A DNA stretch of 64,000 nucleotides from Bacteroidales bacterium. Its GTDB lineage: Bacteria; Bacteroidota; Bacteroidia; Bacteroidales; Bacteroidaceae. Below the pieces are notes generated by a model. That model made no database searches. It saw nothing but the letters and a program-made list of their open reading frames with translations, and was not told where the DNA came from. The stretch covers positions 253-64,252 of the forward strand of contig JAILCU010000117.1 of assembly GCA_024690405.1 (NCBI GenBank), read 5' to 3'. Position 1 is the stretch's first letter. Every line of letters starts with the position of its first letter. The position numbers and the translations under genes were made by a program. Positions 19,449 through 29,377 of the stretch are shown one piece after another.

Positions 19449-20714
19449 ATGGCTCCATATAACGACATCTCAGGAAAAGTTGCAGGCTCACGCCGCGTCG
19501 TCATTACCGGCATGGGCATCTGGTCGTGCATCGGACAGAACCTCGAGGAGGTGACCGCCTCCCTGCGTGCCGGACGTTCGGGCATTGGCACCGAACCAGA
19601 GCGCATCAGTTACGGTTACCAAAGTTCGCTCACAGGCATCGTGCCGCGCCCGGACTTGAAGAAACTGCTGCACCGACGCCTGCGTGCAGGTCTGCCCGAG
19701 GAGGGCGAATACGCCTTCATGGCCACCAAAGAAGCCTTTGAAGTGGCAGGCATAGACGAAGAATACCTGCTGGAGAACGAGGTCGGCGTGATTTTCGGTA
19801 ACGACTCATCGGCACAGCCCGTGATCGAGAGTGCCAATATCATGGCAGAGAAACACGACTCTCAGTTGCTGGGGTCGGGGCTCATCTTCCAGTCGATGAA
19901 CTCGACCGTGAACATGAACCTCTCCACCATTTTCCACCTGCGCGGTGTCAACTTCACCGTCAGTTCTGCCTGTGCCAGCGGCAGCCACAGCATCGGTCTG
20001 GCCTACATGATGATCAAGCAAGGTCTGCAGGACCTCGTCCTTGCCGGCGGTGCCCAAGAGACCAACTATTATTCGATGGCCTCGTTTGATGCGCTCGGAA
20101 CATTCAGCAAACGCCTCGACGAGCCTACGAAGGCCAGCCGTCCCTTCGACCGCGACCGCGACGGTCTCATCCCGAGCGGCGGCGCTGCAGCGCTGGTCCT
20201 CGAAGACTACGACCACGCCGTGGCGCGCGGAGCCCATATTCTGGCAGAAGTCTGCGGTTACGGTTTCTCATCGAACGGCGGTGGCATTTCCCAACCTTCC
20301 GACGACGGAAGTATGGTAGCGATGCAACGCGCCATGAACGATGCAGGCGTCACCGCCGATGATATTGACTATGTCAACGCACACGCCACCTCAACCCCCC
20401 AAGGCGATATGTACGAGGCCATTGCCCTCACCCGTCTGTTTGAAGGGCGGCATGCGTTCATCAGTTCCACCAAGAGCATGACGGGTCACGAATGCTGGAT
20501 GGCAGGTGCCAGCGAAGCCATTTACAGCATCCTGATGATGCGCAACCGCTTCGTTGCCCCCAATATCAACCTTGAAAATCCCGACGAGCACGCCGCCACT
20601 CTCAATTTGGCGCGCACTACCGTCGAGAACATAGACCTTCACACCATACTTAGCAATAGTTTCGGTTTCGGAGGAACAAACAGTGCTTTAGTAATCAAAG
20701 AGTTCAAGGAATAG
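19449..20714 (+). CDS. beta-ketoacyl-ACP synthase (FabF/FabB-type, catalytic)
   Basis: The Cys-His-His triad motifs are present: SSACASGSHS, NAHATSTPQGD and KSMTGHECWMAGA. Confidence 0.85.
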   Translation: MAPYNDISGKVAGSRRVVITGMGIWSCIGQNLEEVTASLRAGRSGIGTEPERISYGYQSSLTGIVPRPDLKKLLHRRLRAGLPEEGEYAFMATKEAFEVAGIDEEYLLENEVGVIFGNDSSAQPVIESANIMAEKHDSQLLGSGLIFQSMNSTVNMNLSTIFHLRGVNFTVSSACASGSHSIGLAYMMIKQGLQDLVLAGGAQETNYYSMASFDALGTFSKRLDEPTKASRPFDRDRDGLIPSGGAAALVLEDYDHAVARGAHILAEVCGYGFSSNGGGISQPSDDGSMVAMQRAMNDAGVTADDIDYVNAHATSTPQGDMYEAIALTRLFEGRHAFISSTKSMTGHECWMAGASEAIYSILMMRNRFVAPNINLENPDEHAATLNLARTTVENIDLHTILSNSFGFGGTNSALVIKEFKE

Positions 20715-20765
20715 AACTTCAACAACAAACAATTATTTATTCACCTTTTTAAAACCGACAAGAAA

Positions 20766-21332
20766 ATGAAACGTACACTTTTCACCGCTATCCTGGCAAT
20801 AGTAGCCATGGTAGCCTTCGCCAAGGCTGATGAGAAACAACTTCAACTGACGAAGACTGACGGCATTGCCAACTTCTTCGACAAATCCCAAACCGCTACC
20901 GTCAAATTCGTCTATGCATCTGACTGCGTAGCCTCGTACATGGGCGCAAACAAAATCCCCTATGCTGAATATGCACAGCGCAACGGCGAATGGGAAGAAG
21001 AGCACACCTACGGCGAAAGCGGCTTCACCGAAGACTGGAACAAGCGCAATAAGAAAGGCATGAAGATTGTGGAAGAAGGCGGCAACTTCCAGATTATCGT
21101 CACCATCCACGAAATCAAAGAAATGGCTGCTATGCAATCCTGGTGGGAAATCGTCAAGGGCGACATCAAGGTGCTCAATGCCGAAGGACAGTCTGTCGTA
21201 GAATACAAAATCAATGAATACTACGAAGTAGCTGGTGGTTTTGCTGCCATGAAACTGCGCAACCGCATCAAAGAGACCTTCGAAGGTCTGTCGGAGTCCA
21301 TGCTGAACTTCGCCAAGAAAGCAAACAAATAA
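20766..21332 (+). CDS. secreted protein of unknown function
   Basis: The 188-aa protein has the signal peptide MKRTLFTAILAIVAMVAFAKA with no lipobox Cys. I recognise no family motif. Confidence 0.6.
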   Translation: MKRTLFTAILAIVAMVAFAKADEKQLQLTKTDGIANFFDKSQTATVKFVYASDCVASYMGANKIPYAEYAQRNGEWEEEHTYGESGFTEDWNKRNKKGMKIVEEGGNFQIIVTIHEIKEMAAMQSWWEIVKGDIKVLNAEGQSVVEYKINEYYEVAGGFAAMKLRNRIKETFEGLSESMLNFAKKANK

Positions 21333-21338
21333 TCAAGC

Positions 21339-22442
21339 ATGAAACTTTTCCCTGCCTTAGAAAAGGCATACACCAAAGAAACATTATCGGCCCGCGAGGC
21401 GCAAGCCAAGGCCGAGTTCATAGCGTGGGGGCCTGTGGTCTTTCAGGCCTCCCGCTTAATGATTAAGTTCGGTATCCTCGACCTTTTGCGCGATGCCGAC
21501 AAAGGTCTGACACGCCAGGAACTGTGTGACCGTACAGGCCTCTCAGACTATGCCGTGAAATGCCTGACCGAGGCCGGTCTGTGCATTGGCACCATTCTTG
21601 TGGACACCGAGACGGACCGTTTCACACTGTCTAAGACAGGATGGTTCCTGCTCAACGACCCCGCTACGCGTGTAAACATTGACTTTAACCATGATGTCAA
21701 CTACGAAGGATGGTTCCATTTGGAGGAAGCCCTCAAAGAAGGCCGTCCTGCAGGACTGGAGCACTTCGGTTCATGGCCCACGGTTTACGAAGCGTTGAGT
21801 GAATTGCCGCCACAAGTTCAGAAAAGTTGGTTCGGTTTCGACCATTTCTATTCCGACACCTCATTCCCCGAGGCCTTGGAAATCGTTTTCGGCAAATACC
21901 ATACGCGCTCACTCTATGACGTCGGCGGCAACACCGGGAAATGGGCACTGCAATGCGTTGGCCACGACGACCAGGTGGAAGTGACCATCCTCGACCTGCC
22001 GCAGCAGATCAAGATGATGGAGGCGAACACCGCAGGAAAGCAAGGCGCCGAACGCATCAAAGGCTATGGCATCAACCTGCTCGACACGAACGCGTTGTTC
22101 CCACAGCGCGAAGGCGGACTTGATGCGATTTGGATGAGTCAGTTCCTCGACTGCTTCAGCGGCGAGGAAATCGTGAGCATCCTCACCCGCGCCAAGAATG
22201 CTATGACGGCCGACACGCGTATCTTTATTATGGAGACCCTCTGGGACCGCCAACGCTTCGAACCCGCTGCCTTCTGCCTGACAATGACCAGTCTGTATTT
22301 CACGGCTATTGCAAACGGCAACTCCAAGATGTACAACACAGAAGACATGACCAACTATGTCCACGCCGCCGGTCTTGAGGTGGAAACCATCTTCGATGGA
22401 CTGGGACAAGGACACAGCATCATGGTGGTCAAGAAAAAATAA
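21339..22442 (+). CDS. class I SAM-dependent O-methyltransferase (COMT-like, with an N-terminal winged-helix/dimerisation domain)
   Basis: SAM motif I is LYDVGGNTG, with an acidic residue after beta-2 (ILDLP). The length and N-domain resemble small-molecule O-methyltransferases. Confidence 0.75.
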   Translation: MKLFPALEKAYTKETLSAREAQAKAEFIAWGPVVFQASRLMIKFGILDLLRDADKGLTRQELCDRTGLSDYAVKCLTEAGLCIGTILVDTETDRFTLSKTGWFLLNDPATRVNIDFNHDVNYEGWFHLEEALKEGRPAGLEHFGSWPTVYEALSELPPQVQKSWFGFDHFYSDTSFPEALEIVFGKYHTRSLYDVGGNTGKWALQCVGHDDQVEVTILDLPQQIKMMEANTAGKQGAERIKGYGINLLDTNALFPQREGGLDAIWMSQFLDCFSGEEIVSILTRAKNAMTADTRIFIMETLWDRQRFEPAAFCLTMTSLYFTAIANGNSKMYNTEDMTNYVHAAGLEVETIFDGLGQGHSIMVVKKK

Positions 22443-22526
22443 CAATACCGACCTCACAGAACACTTATCATCAGGAAGTCGATCATTGAAACATAAAAAC
22501 AATATTCAACTCCATTACTAAACACT

Positions 22527-22769
22527 ATGACAAGACAAGAAATTGAAGAGAAAGTAAGAAACTTCCTCATCGAAGACCTCGAGATTGAAGAAGACAAGAT
22601 TACGCCAGAGGCCCGCCTCAAGGAAGATATGGGCATTGACAGCCTCGATTTTGTCGACATCGTCGTCATCGTAGAAAAGAACTTCGGTTTCAAAATCAAG
22701 GCTGAGGAGATGGCCGGCATCACCACGCTGACCCAATTCTGCGACTACATCGAAAGCAAAGTAGCCTGA
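22527..22769 (+). CDS. acyl carrier protein
   Basis: The 80-aa protein has the phosphopantetheine attachment motif GIDSLDFVDIV. Confidence 0.85.
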   Translation: MTRQEIEEKVRNFLIEDLEIEEDKITPEARLKEDMGIDSLDFVDIVVIVEKNFGFKIKAEEMAGITTLTQFCDYIESKVA

Positions 22770-22902
22770 CGACGCTGTTTGCAGTTCTTGCGGCAAAGAG
22801 AGAGACCGGACGACTGAAGTAGAAATAAGCAGACATGGCTGAAAGCCTCATCGCATCAGGGCCCCGGTTCTTGAGAGACGATGCCGGCTGAATGTAGTAT
22901 TT

Positions 22903-23805
22903 ATGGAACAACACCCACACCAGCAATGGAAAGGCACCACGGGCGGAACGCCTTGGATGCAACGTGCACTTGTTTACTGCCTCGGATGGATGAACCTACC
23001 GGTGGTCTATACAGGCATGGCGTTGGTTGTGCCGTTCTATATGCTTTTTAACCATCAAGGCTACCTCAGCCAATACCACTTCTTCCGGCGTCGGTTCGGG
23101 CACAATCCCGTCCGCTCGTTCTTCGACGTATATGCCAACCATTTCCGCTTCGGTCAAATCATTTTGGACCGCTTCGCCTTCTATGGCGGAGCCCGTTTCA
23201 AACTCATCACCGAGGGCAACGAACGCTTCATGGCACTCTGCAACCAACCGGAAGGTTTCATGCAGATAGGCACTCATGTAGGCAATTTTGAATTGGCCGG
23301 TTACATGCTTTCCCAAGACAAAAAAACCATCAATGCCCTCGTCTACGGGGGCGAGACGGGGACGGTGATGGAGAACCGGGAACGCGTGTTTGAACATCAG
23401 AACCTGCGGCTCATCATGACCAACGGTGACATTGATCACGTCTTCAAGATGAACAACGCCTTGGCCGACGGCCAGATCGTTTCGATGCACGGCGACCGTG
23501 TTTTCGGTTCACAAAAGACCATCCGATGCACCATTCTTGACGCTGAAGCCGAACTGCCAATGGGTCCCTACATTCTTGCCGCCACAAGAGATGTGCCCAT
23601 GGTGTGCACCTTTGTCATGAAAGACAATGTATACACCTATCACATCTATGTGCACGAGTTGCAACTCCCTGACGAGGTGAAAGGGAAAAGTGCCAAAGTC
23701 CGGGCCGCGGCACTGGCCCAAGCCTATGCCGACTGCCTGACGGATATCCTGAAGCGCTATCCGCACCAATGGCTCAACTACTACGAATTTTGGGGCGATA
23801 ACTAA
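22903..23805 (+). CDS. LpxL/HtrB-family (lysophospholipid/lipid A-type) acyltransferase
   Basis: The 300-aa protein has an N-terminal membrane anchor, GTHVGNFELAG (like the H-x4-E/D region of the LpxL family) and HGDRVFG. It occupies the position of ApeD-type genes in aryl-polyene clusters. The family call rests on weak motifs. Confidence 0.65.
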   Translation: MEQHPHQQWKGTTGGTPWMQRALVYCLGWMNLPVVYTGMALVVPFYMLFNHQGYLSQYHFFRRRFGHNPVRSFFDVYANHFRFGQIILDRFAFYGGARFKLITEGNERFMALCNQPEGFMQIGTHVGNFELAGYMLSQDKKTINALVYGGETGTVMENRERVFEHQNLRLIMTNGDIDHVFKMNNALADGQIVSMHGDRVFGSQKTIRCTILDAEAELPMGPYILAATRDVPMVCTFVMKDNVYTYHIYVHELQLPDEVKGKSAKVRAAALAQAYADCLTDILKRYPHQWLNYYEFWGDN

Positions 23806-23819
23806 ACAACCAACTCACT

Positions 23820-24251
23820 GTGAACGTAATAGACACCCCCATACTGGAACTCATTCCACAGCGTCCGCCTTTTGTCATGGTGGACCGGGTCGTGGCTTTC
23901 GACCGCATTAACACGACCACTACATTTCTTGTGCGCGAGGACTGCATCTTCGTGGAGGACGGTGTGCTCGTGCCCAATGGAATGGTAGAGAATATCGCCC
24001 AGACCTGTGCTGCACGAATGGGCTGCGTGAACTCTCTGAACAAGGAGAGCGTCAAACTCGGATTCATCGGTGCCGTACGAGATATGTCGTTCCTCCGCCT
24101 GCCACGCATCGGAGAAACACTTTCCACAAGCATCATTGTTCGCGAAGAAGTTTTCCGCATGACGCTGGTCGACGCCGAGGTTCGCGTGGGCGAGGAAATC
24201 ATAGCCACCGCTGAAATGAAAATCGCCTTAAGCGAAGTCGATGCGCAATAA
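23820..24251 (+). CDS. hotdog-fold dehydratase subunit (ApeI/ApeP-like)
   Basis: The 143-aa protein begins LIPQRPPFVMVDRV, typical of FabZ-like hotdog N-termini, but it lacks the HFPxxP motif. It has a GTG start. Confidence 0.6.
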   Translation: MNVIDTPILELIPQRPPFVMVDRVVAFDRINTTTTFLVREDCIFVEDGVLVPNGMVENIAQTCAARMGCVNSLNKESVKLGFIGAVRDMSFLRLPRIGETLSTSIIVREEVFRMTLVDAEVRVGEEIIATAEMKIALSEVDAQ

Positions 24252-24293
24252 CATTAATGAACGATGCGCAATCACACAAATGAACGATAAACA

Positions 24294-24713
24294 ATGAAGG
24301 AACTACGCGCAAGCAAACTGTTAGACATACGATTCAGCGAAGTTGACTCCATGGGAGTCGTCTGGCACGGTTCGTACCCACTCTATTTCGAGGATGCCCG
24401 CGAGGAATGGGGCCGAAAATATGGTTTCGGCTATCTTGACATGTTCGAACATGAGTTCTACGCCCCCCTTGTCGACTTGCAGTTTTGCTACAAGCGCCCT
24501 ATAATATATGGTATGCGCCCGCGCGTGGACATCATCTATCGTCCCACCGAGGCCGCCAAGATTATTTACGACTACGAGATTCATGACACCCGCGACGAGA
24601 GTCTGCTCACCACCGGGCATAGCATCCAGGTGTTCATGAACAAACAATATCAACTGCTTTGGGAGAATCCTCCCTTCTACGAGCAATGGAAACAACGATG
24701 GGAAAACGAGTAG
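24294..24713 (+). CDS. 4HBT/YbgC-type acyl-CoA/ACP thioesterase
   Basis: IRFSEVDSMGVVWHGSYPLYFEDAREEW carries the catalytic-Asp motif of YbgC/4HBT hotdog thioesterases. Confidence 0.75.
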   Translation: MKELRASKLLDIRFSEVDSMGVVWHGSYPLYFEDAREEWGRKYGFGYLDMFEHEFYAPLVDLQFCYKRPIIYGMRPRVDIIYRPTEAAKIIYDYEIHDTRDESLLTTGHSIQVFMNKQYQLLWENPPFYEQWKQRWENE

Positions 24714-25813
24714 CCAAAGTCATCGCTCACCACGCGCTGACCCCTCTGGCCGACGGTAGTCTCGAGAACTACCGCCTCGTCAAAGAGGGGCGTTCGGCCG
24801 TACAGCATCACGATGCCCAGGAATGGAACGTCGGCGAAGATTTTATGGCTGGTCTGATTGCAACGCCTTTTGCCTCTCCGAGAGCAACGAATCTGGCCTT
24901 GCACTCCATCCGTTGTGCCTTGGAACAATTATCCGAGCCACTTCCGACTAGCGATACGATGCTCATAATCAGCACCACAAAAGGCAATATCGAACTCATC
25001 AACCACGCGCGTGCCGATGTCCGGTTAGGTGCAATGGCAGAACAGATTGCCCACGAGTTAGGCCTCACACGCCAACCTGTTGTGGTGAGCAATGCTTGCA
25101 CGAGCGGTGTCTGCGCCCAAGTGGTCGCACAACGCTTGCTGACGGCGGGCGTATGCCGCTATGCAATCGTCTGCGGCGTAGAAGCCCAGAGTCGTTTCAT
25201 CGTGAGTGGTTTCCAAAGTTTCCACGCCCTGTCACCCGAGCCCTGCCGCCCCTTCAGCAAGAACCGTATCGGACTCAATGTGGGCGAAGCCGCAGCCACC
25301 ATTATCTATGCGGCCACGCCTGCCGAAGACATTCAACCAAACGATTGGGTCCTTCGTGCCGGAGCAATCCGCAACGACGCCAATCATATCAGCGGCCCCT
25401 CGCGAACAGGCGAAGGCAGTTACCGTGCTTTGAAAGCCGTGATGACAGGCGCAAAGGCCGATGAATTGGCATTCATCAGTCTGCATGGCACCGCCACGCC
25501 CTACAACGACGAAATGGAAAGTATTGCCGTAGACCGCGCCGGCCTGATCGACGTCCCTATCGGCAGTCTGAAAGGCTACTACGGGCATACCATGGGCGCT
25601 GCCGGTGTACTCGAGACCATCCTCTCGATGGCCGCCGTTGACGACCATACCGTCCTGGCTACCTTAGGCTACGACGATGAACTTGGCGTAAGCCATCCCG
25701 TAAAGGTCGCCTCTACCAACCGCAGCACCGACAAACGTGCATTCCTCAAACTAATCAGCGGTTTCGGAGGTTCCAATGCTGCCATCCGCATGCAGAAAGG
25801 AGGCGTACAATGA
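24698..25813 (+). CDS. beta-ketoacyl synthase (catalytic)
   Basis: It has NACTSGVCA (Cys), LHGTATPYND (His) and GYYGHTMGAAG (His). I set the start at ATG 24698, a 16-nt overlap with the thioesterase gene. Confidence 0.8.
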   Translation: MGKRVAKVIAHHALTPLADGSLENYRLVKEGRSAVQHHDAQEWNVGEDFMAGLIATPFASPRATNLALHSIRCALEQLSEPLPTSDTMLIISTTKGNIELINHARADVRLGAMAEQIAHELGLTRQPVVVSNACTSGVCAQVVAQRLLTAGVCRYAIVCGVEAQSRFIVSGFQSFHALSPEPCRPFSKNRIGLNVGEAAATIIYAATPAEDIQPNDWVLRAGAIRNDANHISGPSRTGEGSYRALKAVMTGAKADELAFISLHGTATPYNDEMESIAVDRAGLIDVPIGSLKGYYGHTMGAAGVLETILSMAAVDDHTVLATLGYDDELGVSHPVKVASTNRSTDKRAFLKLISGFGGSNAAIRMQKGGVQ

Positions 25814-26373
25814 ACATCAGAGGAACAATTAAGATTACGCCGCAAGCCGTCGTGCGCGACGGGCAGACGCTGCCTACCACCAAGCACGGCGATGCCTTGC
25901 TCACCGAATGCTATCGCAACAGTCACGCCGACTATCCGAAATATTTCAAGATGGACGGTTTGTGCCGCCTGGGGTTTGTTGCCTCTGAACTATTGCTTAT
26001 GGCACAAGCCGAAGAGCGTTTCCAACCGCGCGACGACCGTGCCGTTGTGCTTGCCTCATGCCATGGCTGCCTCGAAACCGACCAACGCTACGAGACGACC
26101 ATCGATGACAACGACAACTATTTCCCCAGCCCTGCCGTCTTTGTTTACACACTCCCTAACATTGTCACGGGAGAGATTGCCATCCGCAACAAATACCTGG
26201 GCGAATCATCGATGTATCTATTCGAAGAAACCACCAGTGAGGAAGAACGTCTGCAATTGCTGCAAATACTTACCTTTGAAGACCCGATGACGACATCGGC
26301 ACTCATCGGATGGCTTAATTATCTGGACGGCGAACACTATTTAGCCAAACTCTATTTGATTACCAACGAATAA
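25810..26373 (+). CDS. small KS-partner / chain-length-factor-like protein (non-catalytic)
   Basis: The 187-aa protein has an ATGA overlap with the preceding KS. It shows thiolase-like segments but no Cys-His-His triad. Confidence 0.55.
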   Translation: MNIRGTIKITPQAVVRDGQTLPTTKHGDALLTECYRNSHADYPKYFKMDGLCRLGFVASELLLMAQAEERFQPRDDRAVVLASCHGCLETDQRYETTIDDNDNYFPSPAVFVYTLPNIVTGEIAIRNKYLGESSMYLFEETTSEEERLQLLQILTFEDPMTTSALIGWLNYLDGEHYLAKLYLITNE

Positions 26374-26394
26374 TAATAAATAATCTCATCTATT

Positions 26395-26652
26395 ATGGAA
26401 GAATTAATTGAACAACTGAAGAAGCAAATTATCGAAGTATTGAACCTGGAAGACGTCACTCCCGCAGACATCGAAAACGATGCGCCTCTGTTTGGCGAAG
26501 GCCTCGGCCTCGATAGCATCGATGCGCTCGAGTTAATTGTCATGATGGAAAAAGAATATGGCATCAAGTTGAAGAATCCCGCCGAAGGTAAGGAAATCTT
26601 CAAGAGCATCAATGTGATGGCTCAGTATGTCAACGAACATCGTACGAAATAA
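26395..26652 (+). CDS. acyl carrier protein
   Basis: The 85-aa protein has the motif LGLDSIDALELIV. Confidence 0.85.
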   Translation: MEELIEQLKKQIIEVLNLEDVTPADIENDAPLFGEGLGLDSIDALELIVMMEKEYGIKLKNPAEGKEIFKSINVMAQYVNEHRTK

Positions 26653-26661
26653 GGAGGACGC

Positions 26662-28911
26662 ATGAGTGAACCTATCCTGATTACTGGAATAGGCATCGTG
26701 TCGGCCATCGGTTTAGACCGTGCCGAGACGCTGGCATCGCTCCGGGCAGAACGGACAGGCGTCAGTGCGTTGCGTTTCCTGAAAACGGATCATCACGAAT
26801 TTCCTGTAGGCGAGGTGCCGCTCTCTACTGACGAGATGGCTGAGCGCATGGGAATCCCGGAGGGACAGCCTCGCACGCGCACTGCCCTCATGGGCATGAT
26901 GGCACTTCAGCAAGCCCTGAAAGAAGCACGTCTGGAAGCGTCAGATATGGCTCGTGCCGCTTTCGTATCCGGCACGACCGTCGGCGGTATGGATATGAGC
27001 GAGCAATTCTATCTCGACTTCCTGAACAACGACCTTCACAACGATTATATCTCGCAGCACGACTGTGGCGCTTGCACCGAGAGCATTGCCGACCATTTTG
27101 GTCCGTTTGCCTCCGTGTCAACATTGTCTACGGCTTGTTCGTCGGCCGCCAACGCCATGATCAACGGTGCCAACGACTTGCGTTGCGGACGTCACGAGAT
27201 AGCGGTTGTCGGCGGAAGTGAATGCATCACCAAGTTCCACCTCAATGGTTTCAACTCGCTGATGATTCTCGACCACGAACAGTGCAGGCCTTTTGACGAG
27301 ACACGTGCCGGCTTGAACCTGGGCGAGGGAGCAGCCTTCCTGGTCCTCGAGACCGAGGCCTCTGCACGCCGCCGCGGCGTCAAGCCGTTGGGCGTGCTTG
27401 AAGGCTATGGCAACGCTTGCGATGCTTTCCATCAGACCGCTTCGTCGCCTGATGGCGAAGGTTCTTACCGGGCAATGAAAGAGGCTTTGGCGGATGCCGG
27501 TCTGACACCTGCAGATATCGACTATGTCAATGCTCATGGTACGGGCACGCCCAACAACGACTCCAGCGAGAGTCAGGCAATGATGCGCCTTTTTGGCGCT
27601 GATATGCCACCAGTAAGCAGCACCAAGTCGTTCACAGGTCACACCACAAGTGCTTCCGGCAGTATAGAAGCAGTCATCTGCCTGCTGGCCCTGCAAGAGC
27701 AGTTTCTGCCTGTCAATTTGGGATGGCAGCACCAAATGCCTGATGGCATTACACCTGTCACCGACCCGCATCCCCAGCGTCCATTACGCCATGTCCTCTG
27801 TAATTCCTTTGGATTCGGAGGAAACGACAGTTCGCTGGTGCTGGCGTTGCCAACAGACACCGAGCCTGCAGCATCGGACAAACAAGTAACGGAAAAGCAG
27901 GCAACAGCCAATATCCCTGTTTACATCACTGCAGCCGAGCAGATTTCTATACAGAAAGGTCTCTGTGAGGAATGGATAGAGAATCCTATCCGTTACGAAG
28001 AGCCCTATGTCCGGTCTCTCGATGTCGACTTTAAGCAATGGTTTACGCCAAGTGAATCACGCCGCATGGGCAAACTGCTCAAGCGTGCACTTGCCACTTC
28101 GTTGACGGCCATGCAGAAGAGCGGAACAGAGCACCCCGATGCCGTCATCACAGGCACCGGGCTGGGTTGCATTGAGAATACTGAAATCCTTCTGACACAC
28201 CTCTGCGAGGAGGGCGAAGAGAACTGCAAACCGACACCTTTCATGCAGTCGACCCATAATACCATCAGTTCGCTCGTCAGCATCCATACCCGCTCCCACG
28301 GCTATAACGCCACCTATGCCCACAAAGAAGCCTCTTTTGACTGTGCCCTTGAGGATGCCTGGCTGCAGATGCAGTTACGCTGCATCCAGACAGCACTCGT
28401 AGGTGGTCAGGACGAGATGACACCCAAATATTTTGGGCTGCTCTGCAAGACTGGCTATCTGGGGCATCCGGGACAGACGGCCGGCGAAGCGGCTGTCAGC
28501 GTCATGCTTGATACCAACGCATCGGAGAAAGCCCTCTGCCGACTCACCTATTTCAAGCGCTGCTACCGCCCCACTCAAGATCTGTTGGCACAAGTGGCTG
28601 CTGAAATAGGGAAGGTGAGCGCTGTGATGACCGCCGTCACGGGTCAGGTCCACCCCGACTCGCCAATGCTTCGCACCGCAGCAACCCTTTTCCCAGATAC
28701 GCCGCTGCTCCAATTCAAGAATCTCTTCGGAGAAAGTTATACTGCTTATGGCTTAGGTCTCTACGCTACTGCGCAAGTGCTCCACCACCAGCAGTTGCCC
28801 GAAGACATGCTGATACCTGGTTGTGGACAACCGACAGCGCTCTCGCGCATTCTCGTGCTGAATCAAATCAACGACAAGGACTACACCTTTGCGGTGTTGG
28901 AAGCCTTGTAA
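26662..28911 (+). CDS. fused ketosynthase and CLF-like protein
   Basis: The N-terminal half has TACSSAANA, NAHGTGTPNND and KSFTGHTTSASG and ends FGFGGNDSSLVL at about aa 395. After a linker, a second thiolase-like half of about 320 aa lacks the triad. Confidence 0.8.
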   Translation: MSEPILITGIGIVSAIGLDRAETLASLRAERTGVSALRFLKTDHHEFPVGEVPLSTDEMAERMGIPEGQPRTRTALMGMMALQQALKEARLEASDMARAAFVSGTTVGGMDMSEQFYLDFLNNDLHNDYISQHDCGACTESIADHFGPFASVSTLSTACSSAANAMINGANDLRCGRHEIAVVGGSECITKFHLNGFNSLMILDHEQCRPFDETRAGLNLGEGAAFLVLETEASARRRGVKPLGVLEGYGNACDAFHQTASSPDGEGSYRAMKEALADAGLTPADIDYVNAHGTGTPNNDSSESQAMMRLFGADMPPVSSTKSFTGHTTSASGSIEAVICLLALQEQFLPVNLGWQHQMPDGITPVTDPHPQRPLRHVLCNSFGFGGNDSSLVLALPTDTEPAASDKQVTEKQATANIPVYITAAEQISIQKGLCEEWIENPIRYEEPYVRSLDVDFKQWFTPSESRRMGKLLKRALATSLTAMQKSGTEHPDAVITGTGLGCIENTEILLTHLCEEGEENCKPTPFMQSTHNTISSLVSIHTRSHGYNATYAHKEASFDCALEDAWLQMQLRCIQTALVGGQDEMTPKYFGLLCKTGYLGHPGQTAGEAAVSVMLDTNASEKALCRLTYFKRCYRPTQDLLAQVAAEIGKVSAVMTAVTGQVHPDSPMLRTAATLFPDTPLLQFKNLFGESYTAYGLGLYATAQVLHHQQLPEDMLIPGCGQPTALSRILVLNQINDKDYTFAVLEAL

Positions 28912-29014
28912 GATTTGCAAATCCCCATTCGGCCGCTATCCTGAAGACTCTGCCAAGCAAATCATTGTGTGCAGATACCTTATTAATAATGAATAGTTAA
29001 ACGCTCAAACCAAT

Positions 29015-29368
29015 ATGTGGCAGTTACTCCTTTTAGCCGTCTTGCAAAGCATTTTGCTGAGTGCCGGTCAAGTATTCCTGAAATTCGCCCTCAACGAAAT
29101 GGGTACGCCATCGTGGCGCTGGAGTTTCATCGCTGCTCAGGTGACAAACTGGTGGTTCCTGGCCACAGGCGTGTGCCTGATTGCCAGTTCCGTGCTATGG
29201 ATGTACATTCTCAAGAAATACCCGTTCAGCATGGCTTATCCGTTAGCAAGCATGAGTTATGTATTCGGGATGCTAGCCGCCATCTTCATTTTCCACGAGG
29301 ATGTGCCGCTCACCCGCTGGTTAGGTGTCGTACTGATTATGGGCGGATGCTATTTCATCGCCAAATAA
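29015..29368 (+). CDS. small 4-TM membrane protein, EamA/SMR-like (ArnE/ArnF-like)
   Basis: The 117-aa protein has four hydrophobic helices, and its size and pattern (ILLSAGQVFLKFAL...VVLIMGGCYFIAK) resemble the DMT/SMR half-transporters ArnE/F. This is a family-level guess. Confidence 0.6.
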   Translation: MWQLLLLAVLQSILLSAGQVFLKFALNEMGTPSWRWSFIAAQVTNWWFLATGVCLIASSVLWMYILKKYPFSMAYPLASMSYVFGMLAAIFIFHEDVPLTRWLGVVLIMGGCYFIAK

Positions 29369-29377
29369 CAAGAATTT

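Noticed and set aside
22835-22891. 18-codon ORF (MAESLIASGPRFLRDDAG) in the ACP-acyltransferase spacer
   Set aside because: It is too short to support, has no features, and is probably just spacer sequence.
28912-28923. Perfect 12-bp palindrome GATTTGCAAATC at the stop of the KS-CLF gene, as a possible operator
   Set aside because: About 15 perfect 12-bp palindromes are expected by chance in 64 kb. There is no second copy and no adjacent regulator.
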